Part shown: piece after piece, positions 35,779 to 49,519 of the stretch
Numbering within the stretch: position 1 is the first letter of the stretch
Layout of the letters: each line of letters starts with the position of its first letter
Position numbers and translations under genes: made by a program
From: Paraphysomonas bandaiensis
Taxonomy: Eukaryota > Protista > Chrysophyceae
DNA: 58,360 bases
Direction: 5' to 3'
Assembly: GCA_965644295.1 (NCBI GenBank)
Contig: CBFFRP010000248.1
Coordinates: forward strand, 1 to 58,360
Notes under the pieces: generated by a model
Database searches by the model: none
What the model saw: the letters and a program-made list of their open reading frames with translations, nothing else
What the model was told of the DNA's origin: nothing

Positions 35779-37528
35779 CTCCGTAAAAACAATTCGCAAT
35801 AATTGTGTGTGAGAGAGTCAATATTTCAATAGTGGGATGTACAAATAAAGGTTCCTCACTTAGAAGAAGTATATAGACATCACTACAATTCCAAGCATAT
35901 TTTAGTTTTTTATAAATAATTGCTGTGAGCTACATCATGAAGATCTCTATACCTAAACTTAAGAAGGCAGTCATCTTGACTATTGCATAGAATTTAGCAT
36001 TAAGCCTATAGTAGGTAGATGTGGTACTCAGTGTTCATTGTCGTTTACAACAATACCAGGACCAGGTAAAAGTATATTGGATTGCTATATAATTATTGCA
36101 ATTATTTATTTTTGCTTGCTACAATAAATTGATTATTATTTAAACAATATTTAGCATCGCAATATATTGCAATATATATATATATTGCTCATACTTGTGT
36201 GTCTTAGAAATATATTAGATTAACCAGAAATTGCTCTTCGTATTCACATACATATTTTTGTTGATGAACATATGAACATTAAGGCTATTTGCTTTTGATA
36301 CATCGCAATTCACAGTTCCCAATAAAGTTATAGATTAAACTTTAACAAGGAATTGACAGCACTACCAGATTTTGTACCATGTATGTATGTAAACACATTG
36401 AACATTTATTTCGACGATACTATATTAATCTTCTCCTACCTAATTTATTATTTACTTACAACTACTCCGTGGGTGCTCCACAGTGGTGTATGACGTGTAT
36501 TGGTTGTGTAATTTTTATGTTGTACAGCTATACTGCAACACGTGTGTTTTCTTGTTGAGCTGAGGTTGCAGCGAGAGATAGTGAATGATGTGTATTAGTT
36601 GTGTGATGGCTATGGTGAGGATGAAATACAGTTCAAAGTGGGTGAGAAAGTGATAAGTATTCATGGATTTAGTGTGTGTAGTTACTGTAGTGAATGGAAA
36701 GTAATCTGATATATTATAACATAATAATATTATAGTGATGGTTGTATTTAAGATCACATCATGTGGTTAGAAAAAAAGTAGATATATCTATGAGCAGGGC
36801 AATGATCGCTGACAGCTACACTTTTGTTGCTCATCATGATGATCAATGGGGGTTAACAGTGTGGTAGCATGAGGGCAGATATCGTGGTTACAGGTAGTCG
36901 ATACCGTGCTTCTGTTACATCCCATAAGACTTAGATGTTAATAAAAATATTACTTTTTGTTGACTCTCTGTTTAGTACTACAAACAGAATTACTTTTTAA
37001 TTGTTTTACTTAAAAATAATATATATCTATTATCGTAAACTTCCCATGTTTGCTTGATGTTTAATATTTACCTATGTTGTTTATATTTAACTTATTACAT
37101 CATAATAAACAATCATATTGTCAAACCATACATATTCATCAGATCTTGAGCATACATATGCAATTTTAAGCTATATGATCAAATAGCATTACTTTCAGTT
37201 TCACTCAATACTGGTACTAGATACATATTATAAGTATTGTACGGTATTATTCACTGCATGTAAGACCGTTTATAATTGAATCTTAACTGCTACTTCGATG
37301 TGAAGTGCAATATTTCGTACATCACCAGCATAATTTAGGTTTTTTCAATATCTTCAGTTGTCACGATATTTCAATTTTAAAGCTATATACAGTATATATA
37401 TAATATATTATTATGTTGACTGCATATTGTGTGTACCAAAATAATACAGTTCTATTTAGAGGAACATACTTCTTCCAACAGATTTGGGTGTGCAGAAATA
37501 TTACCAATATAAGTAATTTGGTATCTAA

Positions 37529-38108
37529 CAGGGCCTGGTAACCGTTAATGGAAATAATGGCATTAATGGTAATGACCTGTACTGCTATATATACACTATA
37601 GAACTGAGTGTCTTAAGATAATAATACACTATCTCCTCTATATCCGAAGAAATTCTAAACAATATTAGATAACAGTGTTCATGCAACTCTACAGGTACTT
37701 TGTGGCAACCTTCTTCACTATCTTCTCAATGCTCTCTAGTAGAGTTAGAGAATGGTTTCCTGAGCAATATATATATGCAGAACAACGTACTCCGTACTCA
37801 TGCTCATGTGGTAACCAAAAACTCTAAAATAATCATTGAAAGAAGCTACAGTACGCAACTAAACAAAGCAATTATACCCTGTATTTATACCATACAGTCA
37901 GTATATTATTAATTACACTATGATGTCAGTGTAATTTACAGTCTGAGTCTTCTTCCGAGTGGATTCAGAGAATCCTCTGCTCTGTATCATATTTTTTTGT
38001 TGAGCAATGGTCGCCTTAAACAAGATATAAAGCGAGGTTACACGACTTTTGTGAATCATGTAACCAAGAAGGGCGCCAAACATGCGGATTAATGGTTACC
38101 AGGCCCTG
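37529..38108 (+). mobile_element. hAT family A, 580-bp MITE-sized derivative (copy 2, opposite orientation)
   Basis: Same CAGGGCCTGGTAACC TIRs; perfect TSD GTATCTAA (37521-28 / 38109-16). The interior is the reverse complement of parts of 7070-7710. Confidence 0.93.
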
Positions 38109-38584
38109 GTATCTAACACCTATCAACTAACTTTAAGAAAATCGCTGAGCTAATAGGCTAACACTGCCTGAATCTACTCGTATATGGATCTGCTACTACT
38201 GCACATATTTATAGGACGATGGAGGGCAACAAGCTAAGAAATTCTATGTATACGTGTGTCCCTCTTGGGGTGATCCAACGTCACTAAAATGATCCATATT
38301 CCATATGATATATCTTGTGTACAATCAGATGGCGCGGGCTCATTAGTATGTCTCAATGTAGAATATATGTGGTTTGACGTGTAAATCTCATCTGAAGACA
38401 ATCAACACTAGAATATAAGTAATCTTTCTCAGAAGAGTCATATTAAAAAGACATTACGAGTGAGCACAGTGATATCTACAGTACAATGTGTCATTTTTAT
38501 CATAAGTAAAACCTATTCGAGAAAAACAAGCAGTTCGATGCTATCGACACTGACAAATCCCAAAACTATCAAGAGTGTATACAC

Positions 38585-41500
38585 TCATATCGTGGATCGG
38601 GGTGGCGAGCACTGCTGATGGTGAGGAGGAACAGTGCCACTGGATGCCGATACCTGGCTTGGTTGCTGTTGAATTGCTTGTTGCATTGTCCACGCATCAT
38701 AACTCTGTCCCTGCGAGTGATGAGCAGGAATATTTTGAGTCTGCGGAGGATGAAATGGAATTGTGCCCTCCCTCAGCATGCTAGTCATGCTGCCTTCACC
38801 GTGATGCTCCTGAGTTTGTAGCTGTCTCGCTAACAACAACTGCTGTTTCCGCATCCTCCTCTTTTCCCGTCGTGCCTCTCGTAATGCCTGTGCGACACTC
38901 GCAGATCATATATAAGCGCTCACACTGTAAATATAGACGCACCTCAACTTTCTCCTCAAACTCCCGCTTGGCCTGAACCATTAGCTCATCTTTTTTCTTC
39001 AGGGCCTTCGCTTCACTCTTATCCAGCTGCGAACATTGTTGGGTGTAGCCTGCCTTCACCTTCTGCAAATCCTCTTCACAAGTTTCTTGGATAACTTTAT
39101 GTTTGTGAATGCGTTGTTCGAACACTCGCTTGGCTGCACGGCACTCCTTAGCGATCTTCTCAGTCTCTTTAAGATACTCCGCGTAATCTTGCACTTCTGC
39201 TTCAGATGCGTCTTCACCGGGTGGTGGAACCTCCGGGATAGGTTCAAGCATATCACATGCACCCCCCCGGTGCCCCCCAGTGTCCAACGAGGAGAGGGAG
39301 TTATTGCTTGTAGATTGAGTGATAGTATTATGCTCAGAGCGATCCAAAGGACTCCCAGTGGCGGACACGTGGGAAGATTCCGGAGAGACACGAGAACGGT
39401 CCCCTTCTAGCATCGATGCTGGAGAAATGGGGTTTGAGTCCGCCGTCACTGTTTGACTGCCTGCGGATGTGGTGCTATTTATGGAATCGGCACTCTCGTC
39501 GCGACCGGGGCGCAGAGTTGCTAATGAACCCGCGGCTGATGCACCTGCAGGAGTTGGAGTAGTATCATGAGGATGTAGATGTACTGGACTCTCTGTTGTG
39601 CGGGCCATGGAATTAGGGTGAACGGGAGGAAGGCCAGGAGAAGGCGTCTTCAACAGTTGCTCATCAGCTGCGCCAGAAGATGATACTGAAGCCGGGGTAG
39701 GATGAGAACTAAAGGAAGCCGGCGTGACAGCCCGAATCTGTTCTAGCTCTTGGCCAGAGCCGTCCATTATATTCGTAGCTGAAGTATCAACACCTGAGGC
39801 ACTAGGTGCAGTATTCATTTTGTTTCGGCAGTCATCCCCGCTCTCACTTGCATCCGTAACTGTGATACCATAACCTGCCGCAGCGAGCAGAAGAGTCTCA
39901 TCGTATTGAGTAGATGAATTGCCTGAGCCAGTCTCCTCTCCGCCGCCTTCCAGGTCATCTTCACGGGAAGAGTCCAACTGGGCCACACTATTCACCTACA
40001 ACAAGACAAGTTACCAAGAAATAATGGTAATAATTGTAAACCCTAAACCAGTTACTCGTGTTTAGGTCTAAGGTGTGACATGCACATATTTAATCCACTG
40101 CACAATGCTCAGTAAAAGAACAACCTGTAACTGTATAAGTGTCGAGAGCTGCTCTGTCGGGATGGTAAGGTTGAGTTCTTCTTTCATCTCGGTTGCAACC
40201 ACCTCAAAGTTGTCTTTCTCTGTGTTAAACAGAAACTCAACGTCCTTTATGATACCGTCACTGGTATGTCCCTCTGCAATACGGAGTTGCACTGCTACAA
40301 CGGGTGCTTCTTCTACACTTCTCGTGCCTTCCGTAGTGTTAGTAGAGGTCGCGTTCGGAACGGCACGTATGGTAGTAGGGGTACCGGAGGGGCTCATCGC
40401 TGAAAATGATGGAGGTAATACAGGATTACTCAAACTACGTTGGTGTGTATGTGCATGAGATGACGACGGAAGTGGTTGTGTCGCACCGCTAGGTGGAGGA
40501 GTGGCTATAGCAGCGGGAACTGAGCTAGGGAGAGACGGAACACTCTGGCTGCGGGTATGCGGAGATGGCTGTGGCTCGACATCTTCATCTTTGTCCCTGC
40601 GGCCATCATGGATTCCCTTGTCCTGCACAACGATATCAAAGCCCACAAGCAAAATCATATTGATTCACCACATTATGCAAGACATGTATCGCACTTACCC
40701 GGTGGACATCTTCGCCTTTGCTCAACGCCGCTAACTCTTTGTCCAGTCGGTTGAGTACCGGCTCTCCCACTTCGGTTTCTGTGTCGATACTTAGTGCCAA
40801 AGGTGGTCCTGTTACCGGTGTAGATTCGACAGTATCTAAGGGCAGCTGAGTGACAGGAATGTGACCAGGAGCTGCGGGGCTGATATTGGTATATATCTCA
40901 GCTGGGACAGTGTGTAGAGTGTCACTTGCGGTGTGTGTACGACTAAGCAACTGGTGCGCAGCTTTCTCGCCCTGTACTATGGAGTGCCCGGAAGAACTAT
41001 GGGCTAAGTCTGCTCCTGTATCAGCTCCTCTGCTACTTAGTTCAGACTCGCTCAGCTGCCGCGCCTCATTCACAGTAGACAACGGTACTGTTGAGATAGG
41101 GTCCTCAGCATCATATTCAGCTAACTGTTCAGCTGTGAGTTCGATAGGAGGACCAATAGTCACTTCCTTGTCGTCGTCATCAGTTTCTTGTAAGAAGTGG
41201 TGATCTAAGAGTTCTTCGGCAGAGAGACGATCGGCGGGGTTCATATGTAGACAGGCCCGAATGAATTCAACTGCTGGTGGGTATTCGACACGTGACAATG
41301 ACACGGGCAAAACCCCTCGTCGGGTACATCGCGCAATGCGCGCTCTATCACCCCCGCACTCCCCATAGGGTTCTTCCCGAAAAATCATCACCAAAACACA
41401 CATACCAAAAGAATATATGTCTGTCTGTTAAGATAAATTCAGTCATTTAAGCACTTCATTAGAGCCCATGCATTTTTAATCTACACACCTTGGTAGTTAG

Positions 41501-42360
41501 AGGAAGTTTTTCTGTGATTTCAGGAGCAATATCTGTGTTATATTTAGAATTACTTGTAGCGACCGAAACAAATGTAAGAAACTTACAGGCAGGTGAGCCC
41601 TCGTAATGTTCGCTTAGCGCATCGGAAACACTAATTGGATCAGCTGAGTCGGTAAGGATGGCTGAAAGCCACATGCCCCCAATATACAGCTCCCCTAATC
41701 CAGGGTTTACGAACACACTTGTCCATGTAAGGTTCCGGTGTATAATACAAGGATCAGAAGTGTGAAGATAGTGCAGACCTCTACCGTTGGTATATAATTG
41801 TTACGTAATTACCGACCAACCAATGACAACCTATATACCTCAATATATGACGACACCACTTCTTGACGATTCGCCACCGAAGTGTCTTCACCTTACCAAT
41901 GAACCTACAGTAAAAATGGCGTAAGCAGAAACGCTTGAAAAAATAAATCCACTACTACTTACTGTTTCAGGGAATCTAAGTATGTGGTGATCAAATTTAG
42001 AGTTCGGGGCTCTTCGATAAGCCATATTGCGAGATATTCCATGATATGCTTGTGCTGAACCTCTTTCAAATAATTCGCACTCCGCGATATTCTCTCCTGG
42101 TCTGATTCACTGAGATCACTCATATTAATCTTCTGCCAGACCACTTCAGTGCCATTCCGCGTATCAAACGCTTTGAATGAAAACTTGATGTTTCCCGTCT
42201 GACTTATGAGCTCCTCGAAGCGGATGTATCTCTTGTTAGGAGATATCTCTGAATACTTCTGACGGACCTCTTCGCTATCTGTGCTTACTTTCTGCTGCTG
42301 ATGGTGCTGATGAAGGCCCCCATCACCCGACGCATGTTTATCTCTATCCGTATCGTTCAT
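38585..42360 (-). CDS. WNK/NRBP-family protein kinase-like protein, probable pseudokinase, with CCT/OSR1-C-like domain and C-terminal coiled coil; multi-exon
   Basis: RYIRFEELI...FKAFDTRNGTEVVW; IVKKWCRHI; GLHYLHT...IIHRNLT; APE; DIYSFGMCVLVM...EEPYGEC; DVEFLFNTEKDNFEVVATEM. Confidence 0.85.
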
Positions 42361-42520
42361 ATCCGCTATCAGTCAATGCACTATCAGTGGACGTCTACTA
42401 CCAGAAAACAGCCACTCAGAGGCCGGTCAACACATCAAACATTATTGCGAGTTCTTCTCTTCGATCTCATGCTACTGGTTAAGACTATGTATAAGCAACC
42501 CTCTGCTGGAGATACTGCTG

Positions 42521-42805
42521 TACATACATACATACATACATACATACATACATACATACATACATACATACATACATACATACATACATACATACATACA
42601 TACATACATAGATACATACATACACATACATACATACATACATACATACATACATACATACATACATACATACATACATACATACATACATACATACATA
42701 CATACATACATACATACATACATACATACATACATACATACATACATACATACATACATACATACATACATACATACATACATACATACATACATACATA
42801 CATAC
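42521..42805. repeat. (TACA)n microsatellite (~70 units, two interruptions)
   Basis: Directly visible; lies between the divergent WNK-like and PC-esterase genes. Confidence 0.99.
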
Positions 42806-42916
42806 AGGAGTACTTCACAAACCATACACTCTGGCCGGTGTAGGAAGTGGCAGAGCCATTGAGCAGTTTGGACTGGCTCACAGGCCTCATCACCACTAAT
42901 CAATTATTTAAGAGGC

Positions 42917-43909
42917 ATGGTTGGATATGGGAGATCTGTTTTCGTTTTGTTTGTGTTTTTATGTCTGGATATTCTGAGATGCAGCAGTGGTGTGGTTACT
43001 ATGACGGAACTGTGCAAGCATCCTAGTGCTGAGAGTGAAATGAGGGGACCTATTATATGCCCCAAAGTTGCCATGAGCATGTGGACTTGCAGTAGATATG
43101 CTTCGCTAGAATCAGAGGTAAATACTAGTATTCCGAGTGACGGATGGGAAGTGGAACTAACTAACCTTGCGAATCTTCTCTACAAGAATAATCACAAAAT
43201 AGCCTTTGTCGGTGATTCCATATCACTTCAGATGAGAGAGATGTTTAAGTGTAGTGTTCTATCTACAGGAAAATACGAAGGTGATTTTAATAAGTATGTG
43301 ATATTTCATCGATCTCCTCTATTAAGCCGCTTACCAGAAGATTATACTTACGGTCCCAGTGACTATAACCTTGACTGGTTAATGTCTGATCTTTGGGCTC
43401 AATATGCTATATTTGATAACGTGAAATATATAGTCATCAACACAGGGGCATGGTGGGGTTATCCACGACTTCATAAATGGAATCAACCAGCGCTGAAGAA
43501 CACAATACAAGTGGCGAAACTATTGAAAGAGCACTTTAAGGTTGGCGGGAGACTGTGGACTCTATTAACTGATCTACAGATGATTTACAATATGACTATT
43601 ATATGGCGAGATACTGCGCCAGCAGGAATATGCGACCTCCGTAAAATGAAATTCAAGAGTACGAAGTATCATTATCATGAAGGATTGTCAATGCTAAATG
43701 AGGTTGGACGACAGTTCATAAGTGATCTAGGTGGTTTAGTCATTCCGAATATATGGGAAAGCTCGATTCACCGATGGCGGGAACATGTCGGTGATCATGA
43801 CCGGATGCATTGGTGTCTATATCAGTCCTCTAGCGTACCAGCTGCGTGGAATCATGAGCTGGCAAAATTATTGTATAAATTTTATAACCGAAAAGACCAA
43901 AATAAGTAA
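42917..43909 (+). CDS. Secreted/membrane-anchored SGNH-type PC-esterase (TBL/Cas1p-like O-acyltransferase), intronless
   Basis: N-terminal hydrophobic signal; IAFVGDSISLQM (GDS); VINTGAWW; IWRDTAP; DRMHWC (DxxH). Confidence 0.8.
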   Translation: MVGYGRSVFVLFVFLCLDILRCSSGVVTMTELCKHPSAESEMRGPIICPKVAMSMWTCSRYASLESEVNTSIPSDGWEVELTNLANLLYKNNHKIAFVGDSISLQMREMFKCSVLSTGKYEGDFNKYVIFHRSPLLSRLPEDYTYGPSDYNLDWLMSDLWAQYAIFDNVKYIVINTGAWWGYPRLHKWNQPALKNTIQVAKLLKEHFKVGGRLWTLLTDLQMIYNMTIIWRDTAPAGICDLRKMKFKSTKYHYHEGLSMLNEVGRQFISDLGGLVIPNIWESSIHRWREHVGDHDRMHWCLYQSSSVPAAWNHELAKLLYKFYNRKDQNK

Positions 43910-45605
43910 CAGTTTCAGCATAGTTGATATATTAGCAATAATATTACTTTTAGAAGTGTGTGTCAAACATCCTGACAACTGACAACACATTATCTCTAAA
44001 TATATTATCTTCGAACACCTGCTTCTGTCACTGATGACTCGAAAGAATTCAAGAGTATTAGTAATATAAAAAAGCAAGCAGTATCGTTTTGCCAAACCCC
44101 AGACAGCCTACAAAATAAACCCAAGGTTGTATGTGTCATGACGTTCTCTGAAATGCCGATGTTGAGGCTAGAATACGAATTGCCTGTTGGATAATGTTCA
44201 TTCTTTACCTAGATCTCAGAAGGAATTTGTCGTTAGACTAGATAGATTAATTAATGTCGTTTACAAACAACACACACTTATTTTGCTCCTTGTGTGTGAA
44301 CCTTTCGCTACTAAACATATCTTGAACCTTCAGTTTGCTTCTCAATATTATAACAGCATTTGTACATCACCATACTTCACTGTATTCTCCTACATTATCT
44401 TCACCTGACATAATAAATATAATAGAATATAATCCATATTCTAATATTGCCTTAAGTTCTTGACGAAGGCAAAGAACATATGGTGCTCACTTTCGCGAGC
44501 CAATCTCCTCAAGTGTAACTCTACGAATTAAACTACAATATATATTTTAAATGATAGCAAGTTCTATTCACGACTTTGAGTTTTACCCCACCGCTTAGCG
44601 GCATATGTTGTGTGCATAAAATTACATGTTGACAGTTGAGTGCAACGCTTAGCTAATAGCCTCACAAGCTCATGTAAGAGTAATATAGATTGGAATATAG
44701 ACGGCTAAAACAGGATTTCGAAGTGCTTGATACAGAACTATGTATGGCTGGCTCTCTGTTTCAATAATATTGCTACTACAGCGAACTTTCAGAACGATGG
44801 AGCGCGATATTGCTACGTGATTGGAGTTGATGAAACGTGCATATTCTATAGATTTGTACCAAATTAACACCATAAGTACACATAAAGGCAGTCCGTTCGT
44901 GTAGGATGTACTTCTGGTAAAATATTCCACTAAATTGTCAGTTAGACATAGCTCTCGTCTTATCATCATATTACAATACTCTCTATACATCTCAACACAC
45001 AGGCGAGTCAGAGCAAACTTCAATCGATCCTAATCGCCTCTGACCTTAACGGACTTTCAGTCTCAGCGGTCCAGATGTATCAATTCTTGTAACTTCATTA
45101 TACAATACCACCCTAAACATGTCCTCTGATTCCCAGCAACCTCTCTTGACATACACCATCATGGCATCTGAGCGAGCGAATAATATCTAGCCTAGATATC
45201 TATACAAACGCGGTATATCTTGTATACGGTACTGTATACCTTACAGAGCTGGAAAATTTACCAAAAGAATGTTCATAAACGTATAAAATAAAATACAGAG
45301 GCAGTAGGAGGGATTCCCCGCAATACAGCAGTATACAGCAGTATACTGTTCAGCGATATCGTAGGACATACTCCCAGCTCAGTCCTGAGACACACTCTTC
45401 GCAGACACTGGCAACAGCTCGACAGAATATACAGAGTGCTGTGACGATTGTCACTTCGAAAACACGCATTATGCTCTCCATTTAGAGAGAGTGATATCTG
45501 CGTAAGAGGCTGCTGTGTCTCCTCTGTATATCGTATATACATGCCCTCTCTTGTTCCTCACTCAAACTGTGTATCTCGGCGACTACATTCTGACTGTAAC
45601 TGACA

Positions 45606-46551
45606 ATGGGGTGCACACATTCGTCTGAATTGGAGGAACGTGTGACTGAAGAGGACATTTCTCTTGAGTGGCAATATCAACTTGATGCACTGGACCTTGC
45701 AGACTCTGAGACCATCTTATTGAAAGAGTTGTTCGATTCTCTTTCTCAGCGCTCAGGAAGGCTTGACGTCAAGTGCCTGCTGAAGAAATTGAAATATGAA
45801 AATAATGTATTTATTGCGAAGGTGATGGGCATGCTTGGTGACTTTGTGAACTTCAGGGATTTTGTTCTCATTGTGTGGAACTACTGCACCCTGAGTGAGA
45901 AAGAATTAGGTACGCTTGTGTCAGTTCTATTATGAATCTAATTTGAAATAAACCGTAGTCAAGTTATCTTTCGAATTATATTGTGAGCCCCAAAGAGTGT
46001 TGAGTTTAGAGGGGTTGACTTCTCTCGTGTGGGATATATGTGGGGACGATATCGCTCAATTTGCTGCTCATGATTTAATCGAAAACGTTCGATGTGGCCA
46101 AATTGACCTTCCTTTGAGATTATTTTACAGCTACTTTATGTTATACGCTGAAGTATTTAGTCCAATCAAGGTGTTTCAAAACAGCCTATGCGAATTTTGT
46201 TTTGGGTGCGAAGTGACATGTCCTGCGGCTGCCCGAATGCGTGTTACCAGGGCTGAGATATGTTGCGGCAAATATATACCCCTTCCCGACTTGGTAACTC
46301 TTTTAGAGCGTGACCCTTTTGAAGAAAAGCCACCTTTAATCCTGACCGCAAGTCAGCGAAGGCTTCAACTGCTGACTCATGAAAACTCTCTGTGTTCTTC
46401 AAGCGACAGCCGTCTCTCCATCGAGAACGATGTCAGCATATCGGAGAGAAGCAGCACAACTGATCGTATCGTTCCAAGTGCTAGGCGTGCACTGATAATG
46501 GCTACCCGAGAAATATACAGTAGAAATTGCAGTGACACTAGTAGCACATAA
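45606..46551 (+). CDS. N-acylated degenerate EF-hand (calcineurin-B-like) protein, 2 exons
   Basis: MGCTHS myristoylation/palmitoylation signature; VNFRDFVLIVWNYCTL; intron ~45910-45958. Confidence 0.6.
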
Positions 46552-48110
46552 GTCGTTCAAATGTACTCATTGGTTTGAGCGTATCCAGTGGAAGTTACTC
46601 ACTCGTCTCGGTGACATACAGGAACTAGAAAGCAGCCTGCCGACACTGCATGAGAATATGGACCTGTGTTATCATACCGATTGGTGCCGTACAATGATCT
46701 CTTCATTTATTGTGCGAATATTCGTTTTAAAAGTACGATATCAGAGGAGACTAGCTTATATTGGAGGTAGTCTTCAATACCCCCCATAATTCTCAGAAAA
46801 ACTTACGAAATTCTTCACAACGCGTATGGCGATAATATGTTCTACTTCATATCTATTAATCTCATGGTAACTACTCAATTATACAACTTAGTCAAAATAC
46901 TCCAGTATGTTGAGCTTTGCTTATTTGTAAGCAATTGAAAGCTGTCTATTGAGTTTTTAAACTTTTGTGAACGTTACTTGAAGAATAGAAACAGTTTCAG
47001 GGCTTGACATTAGTAGTGAATGTCTTATTATTAGCAATAGGCTTTTAAATGTAAGTGCTAAACTCTGATATTCTACAATTTTAGAACGCTACGACAGTTG
47101 CTTATGCATATTACCGCAAGTACCAAGGTGCAACCACTTTCGCTCTATCACTCAACGCATATACAGTGAGCAAGCAGAATGGTTATACTCCTAACAACTG
47201 CTGACTTGTAAGTGTGAGAGCTTCCCACGGACGTGTAGTCCTTCAGTGTCAAGATGTGCGGCTAATCAGAGAGGCGTCTTTTTGGGGTAGATATCCGCAA
47301 AGCTTAAGGGAGGGTCAGAATTGTATGTAGGTGCGAGGATCGTGTTCCATGGGAGAGTGAGATAGTACGAGGTGAAGGCATAGAATCTGTAGAGTTTCAG
47401 GGTACAGCTGACTGCAGTGTATAAGTTGGACGTAAATAGAGATGGTGGAGTTACCCACGTTCGCGTGTGTGGAGGGCGTGAAAGTGCTAGAGGAGTAGGA
47501 GATGTGGTCATTCGCCCAGCTGTGGTTCTCTGCTCAGGCACCATCGGGTCCGAGGTGGGAGGCTTATGGGTTGTGTGGTGATAGTTAGAGGTCAAATTGT
47601 GGAGGGACCTGTTGACCGTCTTGTCACTTCTAGGAGTTGGAGTTTTTACCCGCGGTTGTCTTTGCCGGATTCGCCGCTTACTACTTGTTCTGTGAGGAAG
47701 TCTGTGTGGAACCCTAGAGGTAGCAGTGTAGCGTTACAGCGATATATATAATCTGCTATAAATAATTAAGTATTTAGATATAGTATCTCCTCTATTCTCT
47801 GAAGAAGCTCTAGACAATAAGTTGATCTTCATACAACTCCACAGCATTTTGTGGTATCTTTATCAGCGGTAGACCTAAAACTATAAGTGTGTTGTGTTTT
47901 GTGAGCAACAACATACTCGCCTATTGGAGTGCCTGTTTTGTGGTGTTCGCAATTATTAACTCTTTCATTGTTTTATGCACGTTGTACATAATATTATAGT
48001 ACATATATATATATGTTCTCGGGTAGAGTAATCATAGCTCACCATACAGCAAAGCGACTGTCATATTATTCATTCTGCATCAACCCAAATTCTGATATAC
48101 TCGTATATAG

Positions 48111-49442
48111 CAGGGCCTGATAACCATTAATGGTGGTCCAGTTCCCGGCAATTATAATGGCCATTAATGGCCTATTAATACCTACTAACTTAAAGTAGAT
48201 AGCACCACTCATATAATAGATGGTGTTGTTGTGCTCCCTTAATTACTAATTTTTAGTTAAATATATTAGCAGACTACAAATTTTAACTACTTCTCGCTCT
48301 CTACAGGCACATCAGGATCTTCTTTCAGGGCTTCATGGAGGGTATAAACATCCCACAACATGTAATTGGCTCGTAGGAATAGCAACGATAATCTAGACGA
48401 TATGGATTAATGTTTCTGTGCTCAGGTGTCATAATCAACTTTTCACGACTAAAGAGCCTCTCAACAACATTAGATTGTGCTTCAATATGAAGCAAGCAGC
48501 GGTAGTTGGACTCATTATAGGTACCAAGTCGAGCTCTCTTGGTGACCTCGGCGCTGTCCAGAACACGCTGTGCAAAATCAGTTCCTTCACTCTCGTCCTC
48601 GTTATTTCTGTCGGGTACGCCAACCTCCACGGATGAATCCAGTTGCAAATGTCTAACTGCTCTTCTCTCATTGCCTATCAACTCTCTTTCATCGTTCCCT
48701 TGAAGTTTAGCCACCGCCTTCTCAAAATTGGCACTGGCAACAATGCTTGCATTCGGGGAATTGTATGGATGCAGCTCTGGAAATACTTGTAGCAGCATAT
48801 ATATCAAATAACTGGCGGGCTTGGTACAAATTGGTTCCATCTCTTCCGAACATACTTATTCTCCACGATATAAAATGGTTCGTCGTTCATAACTATCCAT
48901 TCCAGCCTTTGAAATAAGTTCCTCGCAGCAGGAGATACTTTCTTTCTTACAAAAGACAATAAATCGCCCCCGTGAAGTCTTTAACTTCCCAAAATTCTCT
49001 CGAATTCCTCTCCGCATGTTTAGCGCCCTTCTTGGTTATATGATTAAAACAACTCGTGTAACCTCGCTGTATATCTTGTTTAAGGTGATCATTGCACAAC
49101 GAAGATACAGAGCACTGAGAGGATTCTTCTCTGAATCCACTCGGAAGAAGACTCTGTAAATTAATTACACTGCCATCAATTTTTTCGGCCATCATCGTTG
49201 CTTAATATATATATATGGTATAAATACAGAGTACTATAATTACTTTGCTTAGTTGTGTACTGTGTGTACTGGTACTGTAGCTTCTTTCGACTTTGGGGGA
49301 AATAGTGTTTTTATGAATGTTTTAGGTGAAATATGCGTATTTTCAAAATGATTATTTTCAATTATAATGGCGCTAATTACAAATGTCTCGGTAATTATAA
49401 TGGCATTACAATTAATGGCCCATTAATGGTTACCAGGCCCTG
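48111..49442 (-). mobile_element. hAT family A, internally deleted copy 3
   Basis: TIRs CAGGGCCTGATAACC...GGTTACCAGGCCCTG; imperfect TSD GTATATAG / GTACATAT. Nearly identical to 6170-7400 and retains LEWIVMNDEPFYIVENKY and SNVVERLFS. Confidence 0.9.
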
Positions 49443-49519
49443 GTACATATAGTATATAATATATACTATGTATTTTGAGCGATATTATCTAGTTACTAGT
49501 TAGTCATTGATGCTACCAT

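Noticed and set aside
36050-36200. AT-rich CAATATATTGC repeats resembling a MITE end
   Set aside because: No matching partner TIR or TSD could be identified.
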